In this document: piece after piece, positions 34,893-39,240 of the stretch
How the letters are laid out: each line of letters begins with the position of its first letter
Position numbering within the stretch: position 1 is the stretch's first letter
Source: Candidatus Dojkabacteria bacterium
GTDB taxonomy: Bacteria > Patescibacteriota > Dojkabacteria > J137
Direction: 5' to 3'
DNA: 39,240 nucleotides
Assembly (NCBI GenBank): GCA_041750555.1
Contig: JBGSZB010000010.1
Location: forward strand, 1 to 39,240
Translations under genes and position numbers: made by a program
The notes under the pieces: model-generated
Database searches by the model: none
The model's input: the letters and a program-made list of their open reading frames with translations, nothing else
Told to the model about the DNA's origin: nothing

Positions 34893-37046
34893 ATGGGATT
34901 AGTAACATCAGAAAAAATATTTATAGATCCAAATGAAGAGATTCCATCTATTGTTGAGCGAATCTTATCTTCAGATAAATCAAAAGTAATTTTAGTAGTT
35001 CCTCAAAACTCATTGTTACTTAGTAGCTATGTAAGTATTAACATTCTTTTTAGAGAGGTAGTTAAGCTTAAAAAAAGTTTAATATTAGTAACTGAAGATC
35101 TTTATGGAACTTCAATTGCAGAGAGATTAGGTATTGAAGTTCTTCAAAGAGTTAGTCAAATAACGGATCAGAACTGGGAGAATGCTAATGAAACCTTTAG
35201 TGAGTTTAGAGAGTATTTAGAGAATAAAAAGAATAAAAATTTAGAAAACATTCAATATTCAAAAGATTATGTAGATAGTGCACAAGGCCCCTTAGTAGAA
35301 GATTTAATTACAGCGGAAGATAAAAGCGAAGTTTTAGAAGTACAAGATTTAAAACATCAGAAAAACAATAAAGATCAAGAGATTGAAGAGGTTAAGGAAA
35401 TTAAAGAAAGAGATGATAAGGAAAGAGATGATTTAGAGAAAATTGAGGAAGATGAAAACTTAGAATCAATTGAGAATGAATTATCACCTAGAGAAGAATT
35501 ACCAAGAAATATTAAAAGTGATAGATTTAATGAAGAATCACTTCCTGCATTAAGAAAGCCAAGGAGAGAGCCAAAGATAATTAATATTGATGGAGTAGAG
35601 CTTTTATCAGGTGGAGATATAAATAAATTTGATCCCCAAAAGAGTGTGTATGATAAAATTGAAAACTCTAAAGAAATTGAAATGGAAGAATATCAAACAC
35701 CAAAAAAAGAAGAGTCTAGTAGTCTCTACGGTAGAGAGATTAAAACATATTCCGATAGAGGAAGATTCACAGGCATGGATTTAAAAAGAGGTGAATCTAA
35801 AAAGAAGTTTTTAGGTAATATATTTAAAAGAGATAATACCCCAAAAAGAGTATCAGATTTAGATGCTCTACAAAATCAAAAAAGAAAAAGAAGAATATTA
35901 ATTACTTCTTTGTTAGGAATCCTATTATTCTTATCAGTTTCTACATATGTTCTAGCATTTGTATTTTCAAGTGTTGATATCTCAATAACTTTAAAAAAAG
36001 AGAATGTTACAACTACAGGAACAATAGAAGTTGATACAACAATAGATGAGGTTAATTCTACAAATTTAACAATACCAGGGGAGATTCTTGAAGAAAAGGA
36101 AGTTACCTTATCAAGAACAGGAGAAGCTAATGGAGAGGGAAGAAGAGGTGTTAAAGCAAAGGGGGTAATTGATATATTAAATACAACTGATGAAGATGTA
36201 GTTTTAGCTAAGGGGACAAAACTTACTAGTATTCAAACAGATAAGGTTTATGTCCTATTACAAGAAGTATCTCTTGAAAAAGCAGGAAGTTCATCTGAGG
36301 GAGCAGTTGTTACTTCAAAAGAGGATATACCACTAGAAGCAGTAGACTTTGGTCCAGAGTATGATATTACTGATTCTAATGTAAATACCGAATTTAGTAT
36401 TGAAGGATACAATACCGATGATGTAAGGGCAACAAGATATAGAGATATTACAGGTGGAACAGTAGAAACATTTGTAGCAGTATCTAAAGAGAATGTAGAT
36501 TCAGTTAAAAAGACACTTGAAGAAGACTTAAAAAAACAAGCAAAAACAAAGCTAGAAGATAGCTTAGAGGCAGGATATATACTTTTAGAGGAAACCATAG
36601 AGTACTCTGAAGTTAAAGCTACTCCAAGTCCTGCTATCGGTGAAGAATCAAAAGATAAAACATTTAGTTTGACTCTAAGTGTTGATATTAAAGGATTATC
36701 TGTAAAAGAAGATAATTTAAATGAAATAGCAGGAGAGATATTAAAAAACAATCAAGATAGCGATAAAGTAATAGATAGTATTGAAGATTTAACAATAGAT
36801 GAAGTTGAAAAGGTAGATGAAAAATATATATTAACCATTTCTTCAAAGGGAGCATTATCAAAAAATTTAAATTCTATAGAGATCTCTGAAGATTTAGGTG
36901 GATTTACACTAGATGAAGCAAGAAACTATTTCTCAGTATTTGAAGATATTAGTAGGTATAGAGTTGTATTTTCACCAGGATTTATTCCAACATTCTTACA
37001 AAGAATTCCAACTGACCCTGCAAGAGTACATATTGATATAGAATAA
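34893..37046 (+). CDS. Large bitopic membrane protein (717 aa): cytoplasmic N-domain, charged linker, one TM, beta-rich extracytoplasmic domain (possibly baseplate-J-like)
   Basis: Starts 4 nt after the FtsA-like stop. The E/K/D/R-rich linker includes KERDDKERDD. The single TM helix is ILITSLLGILLFLSVSTYVLAFVF, at about aa 335-358. The C-part includes GVKAKGVIDILNTTDEDVVLAKGTKLTS, which resembles the gp47/baseplate-J pattern as I remember it (tentative). Confidence 0.65.
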   Translation: MGLVTSEKIFIDPNEEIPSIVERILSSDKSKVILVVPQNSLLLSSYVSINILFREVVKLKKSLILVTEDLYGTSIAERLGIEVLQRVSQITDQNWENANETFSEFREYLENKKNKNLENIQYSKDYVDSAQGPLVEDLITAEDKSEVLEVQDLKHQKNNKDQEIEEVKEIKERDDKERDDLEKIEEDENLESIENELSPREELPRNIKSDRFNEESLPALRKPRREPKIINIDGVELLSGGDINKFDPQKSVYDKIENSKEIEMEEYQTPKKEESSSLYGREIKTYSDRGRFTGMDLKRGESKKKFLGNIFKRDNTPKRVSDLDALQNQKRKRRILITSLLGILLFLSVSTYVLAFVFSSVDISITLKKENVTTTGTIEVDTTIDEVNSTNLTIPGEILEEKEVTLSRTGEANGEGRRGVKAKGVIDILNTTDEDVVLAKGTKLTSIQTDKVYVLLQEVSLEKAGSSSEGAVVTSKEDIPLEAVDFGPEYDITDSNVNTEFSIEGYNTDDVRATRYRDITGGTVETFVAVSKENVDSVKKTLEEDLKKQAKTKLEDSLEAGYILLEETIEYSEVKATPSPAIGEESKDKTFSLTLSVDIKGLSVKEDNLNEIAGEILKNNQDSDKVIDSIEDLTIDEVEKVDEKYILTISSKGALSKNLNSIEISEDLGGFTLDEARNYFSVFEDISRYRVVFSPGFIPTFLQRIPTDPARVHIDIE

Positions 37047-37049
37047 CCC

Positions 37050-37105
37050 TTGACAAGAAAATTTCCCACTTGATATTATTAGCATGCAGTTTATACTGCT
37101 GCTAA
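37050..37105 (+). promoter_or_regulatory. groESL promoter (TTGACA-18 nt-TATTAT) followed by a degenerate CIRCE-like inverted repeat
   Basis: TTGACA at 37050-37055 and TGATATTAT at 37071-37079. TTAGCATGC-N9-TGCTGCTAA at 37079-37105 compares with the CIRCE consensus TTAGCACTC-N9-GAGTGCTAA. The outer TTAGCA/TGCTAA arms are perfect. Confidence 0.55.
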
Positions 37106-37134
37106 CTTCATTTATTATTTTTTAAAAATTACTT

Positions 37135-37437
37135 ATGAGTAAATTAAAGATAAAGCCAGTAGGAGAATATATCCTAGTAGAAACTATAGAAGAGAGTGAT
37201 ACTACTGCATCAGGATTGATTATCCAGAGTAGTAATAAATCAGAGAAACCTCAAAAGGGTAAGATTATTGCATTAGGAAGTGGTAGAAAAGACGATAATG
37301 GTAAGGTTGTTTCATTTAATGTAAAAATGGGAGATATTGTACTTTTTAAAAAGTATTCTCCTGAAGAAGTTGAGATTGATAACAAAACTTATCTTTTAAT
37401 GAAAGAATCAGATATTTTAGCAATTATTGAAGATTAA
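37135..37437 (+). CDS. groES: Co-chaperonin GroES
   Basis: 100 aa with IKPVGEYILVE, mobile-loop TASGLII and GKIIALGSG. Directly upstream of groEL. Confidence 0.95.
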   Translation: MSKLKIKPVGEYILVETIEESDTTASGLIIQSSNKSEKPQKGKIIALGSGRKDDNGKVVSFNVKMGDIVLFKKYSPEEVEIDNKTYLLMKESDILAIIED

Positions 37438-37456
37438 TATTTTAAATTTTAATTAA

Positions 37457-39082
<1,626 letters not shown>

Positions 39083-39109
39083 TAAGTTAGAATCTCTAAG
39101 TGTTTTAAA

Positions 39110-39136
39110 AGCCCCGAGAAATCGGGGCTTTCTGTT
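39110..39136 (+). terminator. Intrinsic terminator after groEL
   Basis: AGCCCCGA-GAAA-TCGGGGCT followed by TTCTGTT. Confidence 0.8.
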
Positions 39137-39163
39137 ATCTATATTACATATTATCGATATCTG

Positions 39164-39193
39164 TTGACATAAAGAGATTAAGGTATATACAAT
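39164..39193 (+). promoter_or_regulatory. Candidate promoter (TTGACA-18 nt-TACAAT) for the gene starting at 39220
   Basis: TTGACA at 39164-39169 and TACAAT at 39188-39193. Sequence match only. Confidence 0.35.
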
Positions 39194-39219
39194 AAGGCGA
39201 TAATTATTAAATTTAAAAA

Positions 39220-39240
39220 ATGGCTACAACTATAGATACT
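39220..39240 (+). CDS. Start of an unidentified CDS (MATTIDT...), truncated by window end
   Basis: An ATG 27 nt after the candidate -10, with the frame open to the window edge. It is far too short to identify. Confidence 0.3.

Noticed and set aside
35403-35432. 15-nt tandem duplication AAAGAAAGAGATGAT / AAGGAAAGAGATGAT (KERDD-KERDD).
   Set aside because: It has only two copies and is in frame inside a charged low-complexity linker. It is ordinary slippage-type expansion, not a repeat element or CRISPR. It is mentioned under the parent gene.
36248-36751. 167-aa ORF antisense to the 717-aa membrane-protein gene. The same applies to other antisense track ORFs: 2900-3109, 6078-6272, 6775-7041, 11002-11244, 11355-11597, 13686-14138, 14956-15144, 16116-16454, 20630-20830, 21543-21749, 21746-21934, 30406-30594, 33116-33370 and 34161-34382.
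   Set aside because: Each lies entirely inside a longer ORF on the opposite strand that has clear family motifs or better context. Their Ser/Leu/Ile/Phe-rich low-complexity translations are typical shadow ORFs of AT-rich, GAA/AAA-rich coding DNA.

Overview
This is a 39.2-kb chromosomal window from a very AT-rich bacterium. My hand counts give 22-29 G+C per 100 nt in typical stretches. The standard genetic code applies: TGA terminates ftsA and the long ORFs are intact. Most of the content is tightly packed housekeeping: ftsQ(partial)-ftsA-ftsZ, a sortase, rpoD, RNase Y, a cell-wall amidase, parB-parA, lepB, a type-2-like ileS, fmt, tRNA-Asn(GTT), lexA, mltG, ruvX, comF, tmRNA (ssrA), yidC, L25/Ctc and groES-groEL. 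Sortase, RNase Y and a DivIB-like FtsQ are monoderm-type markers. Together with short spacers, overlapping stops and starts, and many small orphan ORFs, they suggest a reduced-genome uncultivated lineage. CPR/Patescibacteria-like is inference only. Several accessory or unusual elements are interspersed. (1) A second FtsA/PilM-type actin-fold ATPase is coupled to a 717-aa bitopic membrane protein. (2) A chromosomal ArmA/Rmt-family 16S rRNA m7G1405 methyltransferase homologue is present. (3) One polypeptide carries a HEPN domain followed by a minimal nucleotidyltransferase domain. (4) A Lon-like AAA+ module has no protease domain and a mutated pore loop. (5) A G+C-elevated Fic gene abuts the 3' end of tRNA-Asn. 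(6) lexA is preceded by a perfect GGTATAC-N3-GTATACC palindrome. (7) The tmRNA has a long tag ending in NYAFVA and a non-canonical T-loop. I saw no CRISPR array, transposase, integrase, rRNA or obvious prophage genes. All functional calls rest on motif recognition by eye. No database search was run.
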